Shown here piece by piece: positions 20,954 through 29,851 of a stretch of 64,000 bases of DNA. Each line of letters begins with the position of its first letter. Positions within the stretch are counted from its first letter, which is position 1. Below the pieces are notes generated by a model that was not told the origin of the DNA, did not search any database, and worked only from the letters and a program-made list of their open reading frames with translations. Origin of the DNA: Candidatus Marinacidobacterales bacterium (GTDB lineage Bacteria; Acidobacteriota; Vicinamibacteria; Marinacidobacterales; SMYC01); contig OZ250169.1 of assembly GCA_965237955.1 (NCBI GenBank), forward strand, positions 7,072,001 to 7,136,000, read 5' to 3'. Both the position numbers and the translations under genes were made by a program.

Positions 20954-21199
20954 TCAGCTCGGATCGCTTTCCAAATCGTCCTCGGTGGCGGTCGATTCGT
21001 CGTCGTCGTCGTCGTCGTCATCGTCGCCCTCGTCTTCGAGGAACTCTTCGCCGATGGTGCGATCCTCGTCGAACTCGTTCTCGTCTTCGTCGTCGGCATC
21101 TTCTTCAATGTCTTCGGTGGAATCGGAGTGTTCAGAGGAATCGGACGACTGGTCGTCGTCTCGAGGCTCGGGCGATGCCAGCCAACTGCGGTGGGCCAT
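20954..21199 (-). CDS. Small, extremely acidic (D/E-rich) hypothetical protein
   Basis: 81-aa ORF in an intergenic gap with a poly-Asp tract; an extended -10 TGGTATAAT lies 8 nt upstream of the ATG. Confidence 0.55.
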   Translation of the reverse strand: MAHRSWLASPEPRDDDQSSDSSEHSDSTEDIEEDADDEDENEFDEDRTIGEEFLEDEGDDDDDDDDDESTATEDDLESDPS

Positions 21200-21222
21200 G
21201 GCGAGGGATTATACCAACAGTG

Positions 21223-22452
21223 TTAGTAGAGAAGATGCTCGGCGCGAACCCTCAAGAACCGCTCGAGCGCCGGCCGCTCACTCTCGAGGATGTCCTCGAC
21301 CGACATGCCTTCCTCGATCGCGCGGCGAGGACGGTCTGTACCGAGCAAGCGATCGATCCAGTAGCGCCCGTCATTGTGGATCCATTCAAAATCGTCCGGA
21401 TGAAGTGTCCGGATCGCAACGATCACTTCGAGCCCGGTTCGCACGGCGTCGAGCTCGTGAGGCGAGGTCATCGTCAGCTCGACGCCTGAACAACGCTCGT
21501 TCTCGTACTTGGGCCGCGGCGCAGCGTCGGTCTTTCGGGGGACGAAGCTGGTCGGACGAAACGACGCGCCCGCTAGATCGAGCCTGTTGAGGACCGAGCT
21601 CAACCGCCCGCCGTCGATCCACGGCGCGCCGATCCTCTCGAACGTCTCGTCGATACCTCGCCCTTCGGACACGTTGATTCCCTCGAGTAACCCGAGGGCC
21701 GGATAAGCGAGCGCCGCACGCGGCGAACGAATATTCGGCGAGGGCGCGATCCACGGGAGTCCGGTCTCTTCCCAGATCAGATCGCGTGTCCACCCGCGAG
21801 CGAGCACAACGTCGAGCTCGAGATCGTCGTCTTTGAACAACTGCGCGAACTCCCCAACCGTCATACCGTGCACGAGCGGGATGGGCGCAACACCAACGAA
21901 CGAGGTGAACTCCGAGTCGAGCACGGGACCTTCGACGCGGGTACCGCCGTTCGGATTGGGCCGGTCGAGCACGACGAACGCGACACCGGCTTCGGCCGCC
22001 GCGTCCATCGCAAGCTTCATCGTGCTGATGTAAGTGTAAAAGCGGACCCCGATGTCTTGAATGTCGAACACGAGAGCGTCGATGCGTGCGAGCATCTCAC
22101 GAGTCGGAGCACGAATGTCTCCGTAGAGACTGAAGACAGGAATCACACCCGACTCGTCCGACGACACCTCATCCCCCGCCACCGCATCACCGGCAAACCC
22201 ATGCTCCGGCGAAAAAAGCGCTACGACATCGAGCCCCAACTCCCCCCGAAACACCTGGAGCGTCGGCGTCCCATCGATCGCCCGCCCCGTGTGATTGGTA
22301 ATGAGCCCAAGACGCTTCCCCCGAAGATGCGAAAGTCGCTCGCCCTCGAGGCGAACAACATCAACACCAGGCCTAACGACCGTTGCCGACGTCTGGAGAA
22401 GAGAAAGGTGTAAAGCGCTAGCAAAGACGACGCTAAGAAGCTTCACCGCCAA
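21223..22452 (-). CDS. namZ: DUF1343 / NamZ-like exo-beta-N-acetylmuramidase
   Basis: GLITNHTG, LFSPEHGF, FDIQDIGVRFYTY, LDRPNP, HGMTVGE, PSPNI and SEGRG; signal peptide. Confidence 0.88.
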   Translation of the reverse strand: MAVKLLSVVFASALHLSLLQTSATVVRPGVDVVRLEGERLSHLRGKRLGLITNHTGRAIDGTPTLQVFRGELGLDVVALFSPEHGFAGDAVAGDEVSSDESGVIPVFSLYGDIRAPTREMLARIDALVFDIQDIGVRFYTYISTMKLAMDAAAEAGVAFVVLDRPNPNGGTRVEGPVLDSEFTSFVGVAPIPLVHGMTVGEFAQLFKDDDLELDVVLARGWTRDLIWEETGLPWIAPSPNIRSPRAALAYPALGLLEGINVSEGRGIDETFERIGAPWIDGGRLSSVLNRLDLAGASFRPTSFVPRKTDAAPRPKYENERCSGVELTMTSPHELDAVRTGLEVIVAIRTLHPDDFEWIHNDGRYWIDRLLGTDRPRRAIEEGMSVEDILESERPALERFLRVRAEHLLY

Positions 22453-22488
22453 GGTGAACCGTATGCCGTATGCCGTATACCGACAACC

Positions 22489-23553
22489 CTACACAGCCTC
22501 GACCCAACCGTGCGTATCTTCCGCAAGCCCCCGCCGAATGTCGGTGAGCTTCTTCAACAGCTGAGGTCCGACCTTCCTCTGATCATCGGGTGGGAGGTGC
22601 ATGACGCTCTCTTGGCCGCCGATCTCGATCACCGGTGAGACGGTGGCGGCTGTTCCCGCTCCTAACGCCTCGTCCAACTTCCCGGCGTCGTGCGCCTCGT
22701 GGATCTCCTCGATCGACACCCGACGCTCCTGAACTTCGACGTTCATGTCGCCGAGCAACGTGATCACACTGTCGCGCGTCACACCGCGAAGAATCGTGCC
22801 CGAGAGCTCAGGCGTCACCGCCACACCATCGATGACGAAGAAAATATTCATGGTGCCGCATTCTTCGATGTAGCGATGTTCTTTGCCGTCGAGCCAAAGG
22901 ACGTTGTGGTAGCCGTTGTCCTGCGCCTGTTTCGCGGCGTAGTAGCTCGCAGCGTAGTTGCCGGCCGTCTTCGCTTCTCCGGTGCCACCGGGTGCGGCGC
23001 GAATGAACTCGCGTGTCACCCAGAGCTTGACCGGCTCCGAGTAGTACTTTCCAACCGGGCACGTGAAGATGACGAACTTGTACGCATCGGACGGTTTCAC
23101 ACCGATGAAGTCGTCGTTCGCGAACATCAACGGCCGAATGTACAGGGAGCTGTCGTCTTGGGTCGGAATCCAGTCACTGTCGACCTTTACCAGCTCTTTC
23201 AGGCCGTCGAGGAACAGTGCCTCGGGAATCGGCGGCATGACCATGCGCGCGGCCGAACGGTTCATGCGCTCGAAGTTGGCGCGTGGGCGGAACAAAACGG
23301 GCTTACCCTCCGCGTTTCGATACGCTTTCATGCCTTCGAAAATGGACTGACCATAGTGCAGCGCGGTCGTCGCCGGCGCGAGACGGAACGTTCCGTACGG
23401 CACGATCTCGGGCGATTGCCATTCGCCGTCCCGGTAGTCCGCGACGAGCATGTGGTCGCTGAACACTTTACCGAACGCGATGTTGTCGAAGTCCACCTCG
23501 GACAGGCGAGATGCCGCCGCCCGAGTCACTTTGATGTCGCCAACCGTGGTCAT
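22489..23553 (-). CDS. ilvE: Branched-chain amino acid aminotransferase
   Basis: FSDHM, LHYGQSIFEGMKA, LYIRP, GTGEAKTAGNY, EECGTMN and ILRGVTR. Confidence 0.95.
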   Translation of the reverse strand: MTTVGDIKVTRAAASRLSEVDFDNIAFGKVFSDHMLVADYRDGEWQSPEIVPYGTFRLAPATTALHYGQSIFEGMKAYRNAEGKPVLFRPRANFERMNRSAARMVMPPIPEALFLDGLKELVKVDSDWIPTQDDSSLYIRPLMFANDDFIGVKPSDAYKFVIFTCPVGKYYSEPVKLWVTREFIRAAPGGTGEAKTAGNYAASYYAAKQAQDNGYHNVLWLDGKEHRYIEECGTMNIFFVIDGVAVTPELSGTILRGVTRDSVITLLGDMNVEVQERRVSIEEIHEAHDAGKLDEALGAGTAATVSPVIEIGGQESVMHLPPDDQRKVGPQLLKKLTDIRRGLAEDTHGWVEAV

Positions 23554-23783
23554 GATCCCTCGTCTTTTCCTAGTTTGGTCTAAATTTTTTGCTTACAATG
23601 TCTTCGGTCCGTTGTCACACCTCGAGTTATTGTACTCCGATTCCGCTCCCATGGCATCGGGCATCGGGCATCGCTCGATGATTTGCGGAGCGTTCGGTAA
23701 GTCTCGCGTTGAATCACCTCACGATTCCGTATATAAATGTGCGATTTTTCGAGCTTTACCTGAACTTACCCAATGAGGACCCG

Positions 23784-25262
23784 ATGGCAGACAAAGACGA
23801 CGTTCTAGAGACACTGCGGCTCCCGGAGATGAGCCCACTCGGTCTCGCACGGCAGTTCGGCCCTGGTCTCATCCTGATGATGACCGGCATCGGCACGAGC
23901 CACCTGGTCACGGCGCCGGTCGCGGGCGGACGCTTCGAGTTCGCGCTCTTGTGGGCGATCCCCGTCGCTTACATCTTCAAGTACTACGGTTTCGAGATGG
24001 CGTTCCGATTCACGAACGCGACCGGCCGCAGCATGCTCGACGCCTACTCCACCGCGGCGTGGAAGTGGCCACTCTGGTACGTGCTGGTAACGACCATCTT
24101 GCAAGCCGCGATCGGGCAGGCTGGACGGCTCACCGCGGCTGCCGCCGTCCTTTACTACTTCGCTCTGCACTACTTTGGCGTCGACGTCCCCGCCTACTGG
24201 TTCGCGATGTTCATAGGCGTTTTCTCCGTCGTCATCATCCTTAGCGGCCGATACCACATGGTGGAGCTCGTCACGAAGATCTGCGCCGGGATTCTTCTCG
24301 TTTCCACCGTCGGCGTGTACTTGCGCGAGCCCGCACCGCTGTCCGGCATGGCGCACTTTTTCATATTCGAGGTTCCTCAGGGCTCGTGGCTCATCCTCGC
24401 CGCCTTCCTTGGACTTCTGCCGACCGGGATCGACGTTTCGCTTCAAGCCTCTGAGTGGGGCAAAGCGAAGAAGGCGGGGATGGGAAGAATCCGCGACCAC
24501 CTCGAATCGGTTGGGCTGGCACCGAAGTTCAGCGCATGGGGCTCCACCAAGGAAGACCTCTCGGTGGACACGTCGAAGCTTTCCCCGCACGCGCTCGAGT
24601 ACTGCCGCCGTTGGTTTCGCATCGGACTCTGGGATTTTCGCTTCGGCCACGTCATCTCGTTCGTCATCGCCGTCATCTTTCTGCTGCTCGCGGCCGTATG
24701 GATCTATCCGAGCGAAGTCGAGGGACGAGCCGTCATCGGCCAGATCGCCGAGATCTTTACCGGGAGCGTCGGACCGGGGATGATGAGTGTTTTTCTCCTG
24801 GGTGCCCTCGCCGCAACGTTCTCGACGGCGTTCAACTACTTCGACGGCTGGCCGCGAGTCGTCGCCGCGTGCTGCCGGAACCTGTTCCACGGCACGGCGA
24901 AATTGAGCGGTACGGCGCGCGAAGACCTCACCGATGAGCATCGCAAGACATGGTTCTCCGAGTACAACATCTACCGCATCACGATGTTCTATTCGCTGAT
25001 CGCTTCGGTCGCGATCATCGCGGGCGTCCCGCGCCCGGTATGGCTCGTGCTGGTCGCATCGGCGCTCGCCTTTTTCGTGGCGCCCGTGATTTACGCGCTC
25101 AATCTCTATTACTGCTTCACCGTGATCCCAAAAGAAGACACCCATTTCTACCCGAAGCCGTTCGACGCCTGGTTCGGGTGGGCAAGCCTCGTGGTCTTCA
25201 CGGGCCTGACGGCGATCCTGATCGCGGCGAGGGTGTTTGGAATCCAACTCTTCGGCGGCTGA
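23784..25262 (+). CDS. NRAMP-like / APC-fold membrane transporter
   Basis: FGPGLILMMTGIGTSHLV N-terminal motif and about 11 hydrophobic segments. Confidence 0.75.
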   Translation: MADKDDVLETLRLPEMSPLGLARQFGPGLILMMTGIGTSHLVTAPVAGGRFEFALLWAIPVAYIFKYYGFEMAFRFTNATGRSMLDAYSTAAWKWPLWYVLVTTILQAAIGQAGRLTAAAAVLYYFALHYFGVDVPAYWFAMFIGVFSVVIILSGRYHMVELVTKICAGILLVSTVGVYLREPAPLSGMAHFFIFEVPQGSWLILAAFLGLLPTGIDVSLQASEWGKAKKAGMGRIRDHLESVGLAPKFSAWGSTKEDLSVDTSKLSPHALEYCRRWFRIGLWDFRFGHVISFVIAVIFLLLAAVWIYPSEVEGRAVIGQIAEIFTGSVGPGMMSVFLLGALAATFSTAFNYFDGWPRVVAACCRNLFHGTAKLSGTAREDLTDEHRKTWFSEYNIYRITMFYSLIASVAIIAGVPRPVWLVLVASALAFFVAPVIYALNLYYCFTVIPKEDTHFYPKPFDAWFGWASLVVFTGLTAILIAARVFGIQLFGG

Positions 25263-25267
25263 TCTTT

Positions 25268-25396
25268 TCCGCCACCGAGGCACAGCGCAGCAAAGCCGTA
25301 ACCAAGAATCACCGGTAGAGTTTCTTCGAGATTGGCCCCTAGCGTTGTTTTTCTCCGCGAAACCTCTGCGTCCTTTGCGCCTCTGCGGTGAAAAAA
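25268..25396. repeat. Composite REP-like element between convergent genes
   Basis: CAGCGCAGCAAAGCCGTAACCAAGAA (also at about 35118-35143 in reverse and about 45538-45563), followed by the reverse complement of the 9130-9185 repeat. Confidence 0.7.
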
Positions 25397-26584
25397 CTAT
25401 CCAACGCCGAGAGGCTCTTTTTCCAGGCTCCCCATTGCCGCGGCGAGGCCTGCTTTCAAGTCAGTGGAGTGACCCTCGGTCGCGAGGGCGTCGCTCAGAC
25501 ACGACATGAAGAACAGAATTTTCTCCGGTGACGACGAGTAGCCCATCAGCCCGACGCGCCACACCTTGCCCGCGATGGCGCCGAGCCCGCCGCCGATCTC
25601 GAGATTGAACGTCTCGAGAAGGTAGCCGCGCACTTTGGCGTCGTCGATGCCGTCGGGAATGCGCACCGTGTTGAGCGACGGCAGACGGTACTCGGGCGCG
25701 ACGAACATCTCGAGCCCCATCGCTTCGACGCCGGCCACGAGCGCTTTGTGGTTTCGCAAGTGACGCGCGAGACGATTGCCAAGGCCCTCTTCTTCGATCA
25801 GCATCAACGCCTCGAGAATCCCGTAGTTCAGCGGACTCGAGCTCGTATGGTGGTATTTCCGCCCAGTCCAATAGCCGTCGAGAAGCTGCGCGTCGAGATA
25901 CCAACTGCGAACCGGATGCGTGCGTTGCTTCATCGCCTCGACCGCGCGTGGGCTGAAGGTCACCGGCGCCAGTCCTGGTGGTGATCCGATGCATTTCTGC
26001 GAGCAACTGTACGCGGCGTCGACTCCCCACTCGTCGATCCTGACGTCCACGCCACCCAACGAGGTGACGGTGTCGAGAAGAAGCATGACTCCGTGCGATT
26101 TGGCCAGGCGAACCACGTCGTCCATCGGCTGAAGCACGCCCGTCGACGTTTCGGCATGAACGAGGGTCAGTACTTTGTAATCACCGCTCTCGAGCTCGGC
26201 CTCGATCCGTTCTGGATCGTCGGGTTGTCCCCACGCGCCTTCGATCACCGTGACTTCGGCACCCTGCCGCTCCGCCATTTGTCGAATGCGGTCACCGAAG
26301 TAGCCGTGCACGCAGCACAGCACCTTGTCGCCCGGCTCAGTCAGATTCGCCACCGAGCACTCCATGCCGGACGTGCCCGTGCCTGGAGTTACTTGCGTCA
26401 GTGCGTTCTCGGCCTGGAAGACCATCTGGAGACGCTCGTGAATTTGATCGAGGACTTCGACGTATGCGGGGTCGAGGTGTCCGATAACCGGCGAGGCAAG
26501 AGCGCGATAGACTTGCGGGTGAATGTCGAAAGGGCCTGGTCCCATCAGCGTTCTCATGGGAGCCTCGGGCCGTTTCGCTGTCAT
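25397..26584 (-). CDS. Class V PLP aminotransferase (alanine-glyoxylate / serine-pyruvate type)
   Basis: LMGPGP, VHAETSTGV, DTVTSLGG, YSCSQKC and GKVWRVGLMG. Confidence 0.9.
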   Translation of the reverse strand: MTAKRPEAPMRTLMGPGPFDIHPQVYRALASPVIGHLDPAYVEVLDQIHERLQMVFQAENALTQVTPGTGTSGMECSVANLTEPGDKVLCCVHGYFGDRIRQMAERQGAEVTVIEGAWGQPDDPERIEAELESGDYKVLTLVHAETSTGVLQPMDDVVRLAKSHGVMLLLDTVTSLGGVDVRIDEWGVDAAYSCSQKCIGSPPGLAPVTFSPRAVEAMKQRTHPVRSWYLDAQLLDGYWTGRKYHHTSSSPLNYGILEALMLIEEEGLGNRLARHLRNHKALVAGVEAMGLEMFVAPEYRLPSLNTVRIPDGIDDAKVRGYLLETFNLEIGGGLGAIAGKVWRVGLMGYSSSPEKILFFMSCLSDALATEGHSTDLKAGLAAAMGSLEKEPLGVG

Positions 26585-26759
26585 CGAATGTGCTCCGTCC
26601 GCGCGCCTTATCTTCACAGCGCTTGCATTTGAACAGACTTTACACTAAATTACACATGCCTAACACGGTTGCCGTTCCGTCTCACACTAAAACTTAATAT
26701 TTTCGATAGACGTAACCAAGCGGTTCGTCGTTCGTCCGGTGCCGGGGCGAGGGTCCCCG

Positions 26760-26892
26760 CTAGTCCCCTGTATCAGAACAAACTAGATAAAGCAGAGCTT
26801 GCCGAAACCCTTCTAAGTGCATGAATCTTATGAATCTTATGGGCTGGCGAAAAGCCCAACTTTGTATAGTAATCAAAGATCCAGGGGACTAG
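26760..26892. mobile_element. MITE-like element of about 125 bp with CTAG flanks
   Basis: CTAG-TCCCCTGTATC (26760-26774) ... GATCCAGGGGA-CTAG (26878-26892). The end AGTAATCAA(A/G)GATCCAGGGGACT recurs at about 50911-50933. Confidence 0.6.
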
Positions 26893-26904
26893 AGGCATTG
26901 CAAC

Positions 26905-27276
26905 GTGGACCGCGATTACGCGCCCAGGCGCATCGGACGCGCTGTTCCCAGCACATCAGTCACCATAGCCCTTCTCTAAGACAACGTTCCCGTTGCCTAC
27001 GGAGTCGTGCGCGACCTTTCCGAAATTGGCGCGTGCATCATGACCGACGCCGTGCTCAAACCGGGCACGAGCTTTCAGTTTCGTATGAGTTTCTTCGGCG
27101 GCGAAGTTCTCGAAGCCACGGCGCGTATCGTCTGGAGCGAGACTCCCCGACCCGGCGCCGCTCCCGAGACGGAGATCCCGCACGGCCTCGAGTTCACCGA
27201 AATGGGCGAGACGCATCTCACCAACCTCAGGCACATCCTCGACACAGGAGCCTTCGGCGTCAAGAACTCCTACTAG
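26905..27276 (+). pseudogene. PilZ-domain protein with an in-frame TAA at 26977-26979
   Basis: The frame from GTG 26905 gives RRIGR (RxxxR), then VRDLSEIGACI, ARIVW and HGLEF, with one internal stop. Confidence 0.65.
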
Positions 27277-28577
27277 GGGTTCACAGCTCGCACGTGGTTC
27301 ACCCACCAACGCCACACGATCGCGCTGACAACCGTGGCCAACACCAGCCACGGCAGAAGCGCCCGGGCTCCAACGAGGGCCGCTTCGGGAAAACCCGTCT
27401 GCACGAGAACGCTCCCGCGCCCGACCAGCCAATGCCATGCGGTGTGACCGATCAACATCGATAAGATGATGCGCCCGGGACGTTCGCGCACGCCTTCCAA
27501 CAGCCAGGCGATCGCGGGAAGTGCGAGAGCGAGGACGAGAAGCTGGCCGAGCTCGACCCCGACGTTGAACGACGCGAGCGCGAGCGGCACGTGCGCGCCC
27601 GCGAACGGCAGCAACTCGGAGAGCGCGAACGAAAACCCGAACCCGTGAATGAGCCCGAAGCCGAAGGTCAACGCTGCCCGGCGCTTCGGACTCACGTTGA
27701 CGGCATTCTCGATCGCCATGACGAGAATCGAGAGCGCAATCAGCGTTTCGACGAGAGGGGGAAACCAGGTTGCACTCGGAGACATCCCCAACGCCGCCGC
27801 CGCAAGCGTTACCGAGTGCGCGAGGGTAAACGCGGTGATCACGAGAACGAGGTGGCGTAGACGCCGAGCTGGAATCATCAAACACATCAGAAACAGCAAG
27901 TGATCCAGTCCACCGAGGATGTGAAAGAACCCGGATTCCAAAAAAACGAGCCCGGCTCGATACCACCGCGGATCGAACCACACCCGACCACAGCGGTCTC
28001 CCAAAACGAACGTCCGAGCGCCACCGCCTGGAATCTCGAAGCTGGTCGTGACCGTCAATCGATCGGCGAGGCCCGCACCGATGAAGCTCTCCATCGAGAA
28101 GCCCGACTGCTCCGATCGGATGGCGTATTCGAGATGGGCGTCGAAGAAACCCTGATTCCAGAAAAGATCTGTCGACGTGTCGAGTGGTTCAACCCGAATG
28201 TGCGCGGCCGCCTCTTCGAAACTGGCGAACGATCGATCGGATGGCAACGAGATGCGAGCGGCGCCAGCGACCAGTCGAAGGCGCTCGTCCTCTTCATAGA
28301 AGAAAAGCTCCTCGGTGATCGCTTCGATCGCGTCTCTCAGCCGCGCTTCACCCCCAAGGGCATCGAGATCAAGATAACCCGGGCCCCGTTTCGGGAGATC
28401 GAGATTGAGCAACAGGGTGAGGGGCACGCGGGTGAGCACGTGAAGCCGTTCACCCGACGGCTTGACGTACATCTGAACCGGTATCGATTCGGGGATATCG
28501 TGGCCGAACGCGCAGAGCGCGACCGCCAGGACGACACCTGCTCCTGATACGATCCGAGAACGCCTCGACGTGCTCAC
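27273..28577 (-). CDS. HupE/UreJ-family membrane protein with an N-terminal extracytoplasmic domain
   Basis: GFFHILGGLDHLLFL, TAFTLAHSVTL, FGLIHGFGF and FNVGVELGQ. Confidence 0.85.
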   Translation of the reverse strand: MSTSRRSRIVSGAGVVLAVALCAFGHDIPESIPVQMYVKPSGERLHVLTRVPLTLLLNLDLPKRGPGYLDLDALGGEARLRDAIEAITEELFFYEEDERLRLVAGAARISLPSDRSFASFEEAAAHIRVEPLDTSTDLFWNQGFFDAHLEYAIRSEQSGFSMESFIGAGLADRLTVTTSFEIPGGGARTFVLGDRCGRVWFDPRWYRAGLVFLESGFFHILGGLDHLLFLMCLMIPARRLRHLVLVITAFTLAHSVTLAAAALGMSPSATWFPPLVETLIALSILVMAIENAVNVSPKRRAALTFGFGLIHGFGFSFALSELLPFAGAHVPLALASFNVGVELGQLLVLALALPAIAWLLEGVRERPGRIILSMLIGHTAWHWLVGRGSVLVQTGFPEAALVGARALLPWLVLATVVSAIVWRWWVNHVRAVNP

Positions 28578-28583
28578 ACCGCC

Positions 28584-29708
28584 CTACTGAAGGACGAACT
28601 TCTGGGTCCTGCGTCCCTGATTCACTTCCGCGGTGTAGAGATTGCCGTTCCAATCGGCAGCGACGTTGTGCACCCAGTGGAACTGTCTGGCGTAGCGTCC
28701 GCGGCGACCGACGGAGCCCAGAATCGATAGCTGGTTGCGCGACAGGAACCAAATCTTCTGGTTGACGCCATCCGGCGAATAGAGAATCGATTGCGCGCGG
28801 TCCCGAGAAAGCTCGACGTCCCAGACCGAACCGGCCCCGAGCGTATTCTTCGCGATGAACACTTCCCTGACGAACTTTCCGCTCTTCAGGAAAACCTGGA
28901 TCCGATTGTTCAAGCGGTCGGCGACGTAGACGTTGTCGTCGTTCGCGATGCGCACCGCGTGAACCGGGTTACGAAACTGCCTCGCCACCGGTGCTTTAGG
29001 ATCGTACGCACCGAGGTCTTCGTCCGACGGCTTCTCCCCGTACGCACCCCAATGACGCTTGTACTCTCCCGAGTCGGCGTCGAACACGATCACGCGCTTG
29101 TTGCGATACCCGTCCGCGATATAAACTTCGTCGGTCTCGGGGTCCACTTCCATGTCGGCGGGACGGCCGAGGTGAGAGGTGTGATTGCTGCCGCTGGTCT
29201 TGCCTGCTTCCCCGATTTGCAAGAGTAATTTACCATCGCGGGTGAACTTCAGCACTTGATGATCGTCTGGACCGTTACCAGCGATCCACACGTTGTCTTT
29301 GTAGTCTACGAAGATGCCGTGCTCGTTCTGGGGCCAGTCGCAGTCGGGACTCCCCCCGCCCCAGTGCTTGACGATATTCCCCTCGGTGTCGAACGCGATC
29401 ACCGGTGGCGCAGGGCGACAACACTCCGAGATCGGCGGATTTTGTATGAGACCGGTCTCGTCTTCGTTCAACGAGCGCGGCCGGTTGATGATCCAGATCG
29501 CATCGTGAGAGTCGACGGCGATACCCGAGACCTCCCCCATTAGCCAATCATTCGGGAGGGGCTTCGGCCAAAACGGATCGACTTTGAACTGGGGGGCGTC
29601 GACCGCCACCGCCGGGGTGAGCGACTCCGAGGGCGAGTTGGCGTAAGCGAACGCAACCGCGAGTCCGACGAAAACTGCAACGGAATAGAGGCCTTTCACG
29701 AAGTTCAT
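28584..29708 (-). CDS. Secreted NHL-repeat beta-propeller protein (PAL-like)
   Basis: VDPFWPKPLP, EHGIFVD, VYIADGYRNKRV, VYVADRLNNRIQVF and FHWVHNVA. Confidence 0.85.
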   Translation of the reverse strand: MNFVKGLYSVAVFVGLAVAFAYANSPSESLTPAVAVDAPQFKVDPFWPKPLPNDWLMGEVSGIAVDSHDAIWIINRPRSLNEDETGLIQNPPISECCRPAPPVIAFDTEGNIVKHWGGGSPDCDWPQNEHGIFVDYKDNVWIAGNGPDDHQVLKFTRDGKLLLQIGEAGKTSGSNHTSHLGRPADMEVDPETDEVYIADGYRNKRVIVFDADSGEYKRHWGAYGEKPSDEDLGAYDPKAPVARQFRNPVHAVRIANDDNVYVADRLNNRIQVFLKSGKFVREVFIAKNTLGAGSVWDVELSRDRAQSILYSPDGVNQKIWFLSRNQLSILGSVGRRGRYARQFHWVHNVAADWNGNLYTAEVNQGRRTQKFVLQ

Positions 29709-29851
29709 GGCGGGCTCCTATATGAAGGGAAACTCGTTTGCGGCTGCACCCTAATGGAGAAGCCGCTCCTTCGGCAAGTGGTGACCAGCTAACGCGGTGG
29801 CGTCTTTCGAGACCGCGGTAGCTGCCATCGGCCATCGGCCATCAGCCGGCG

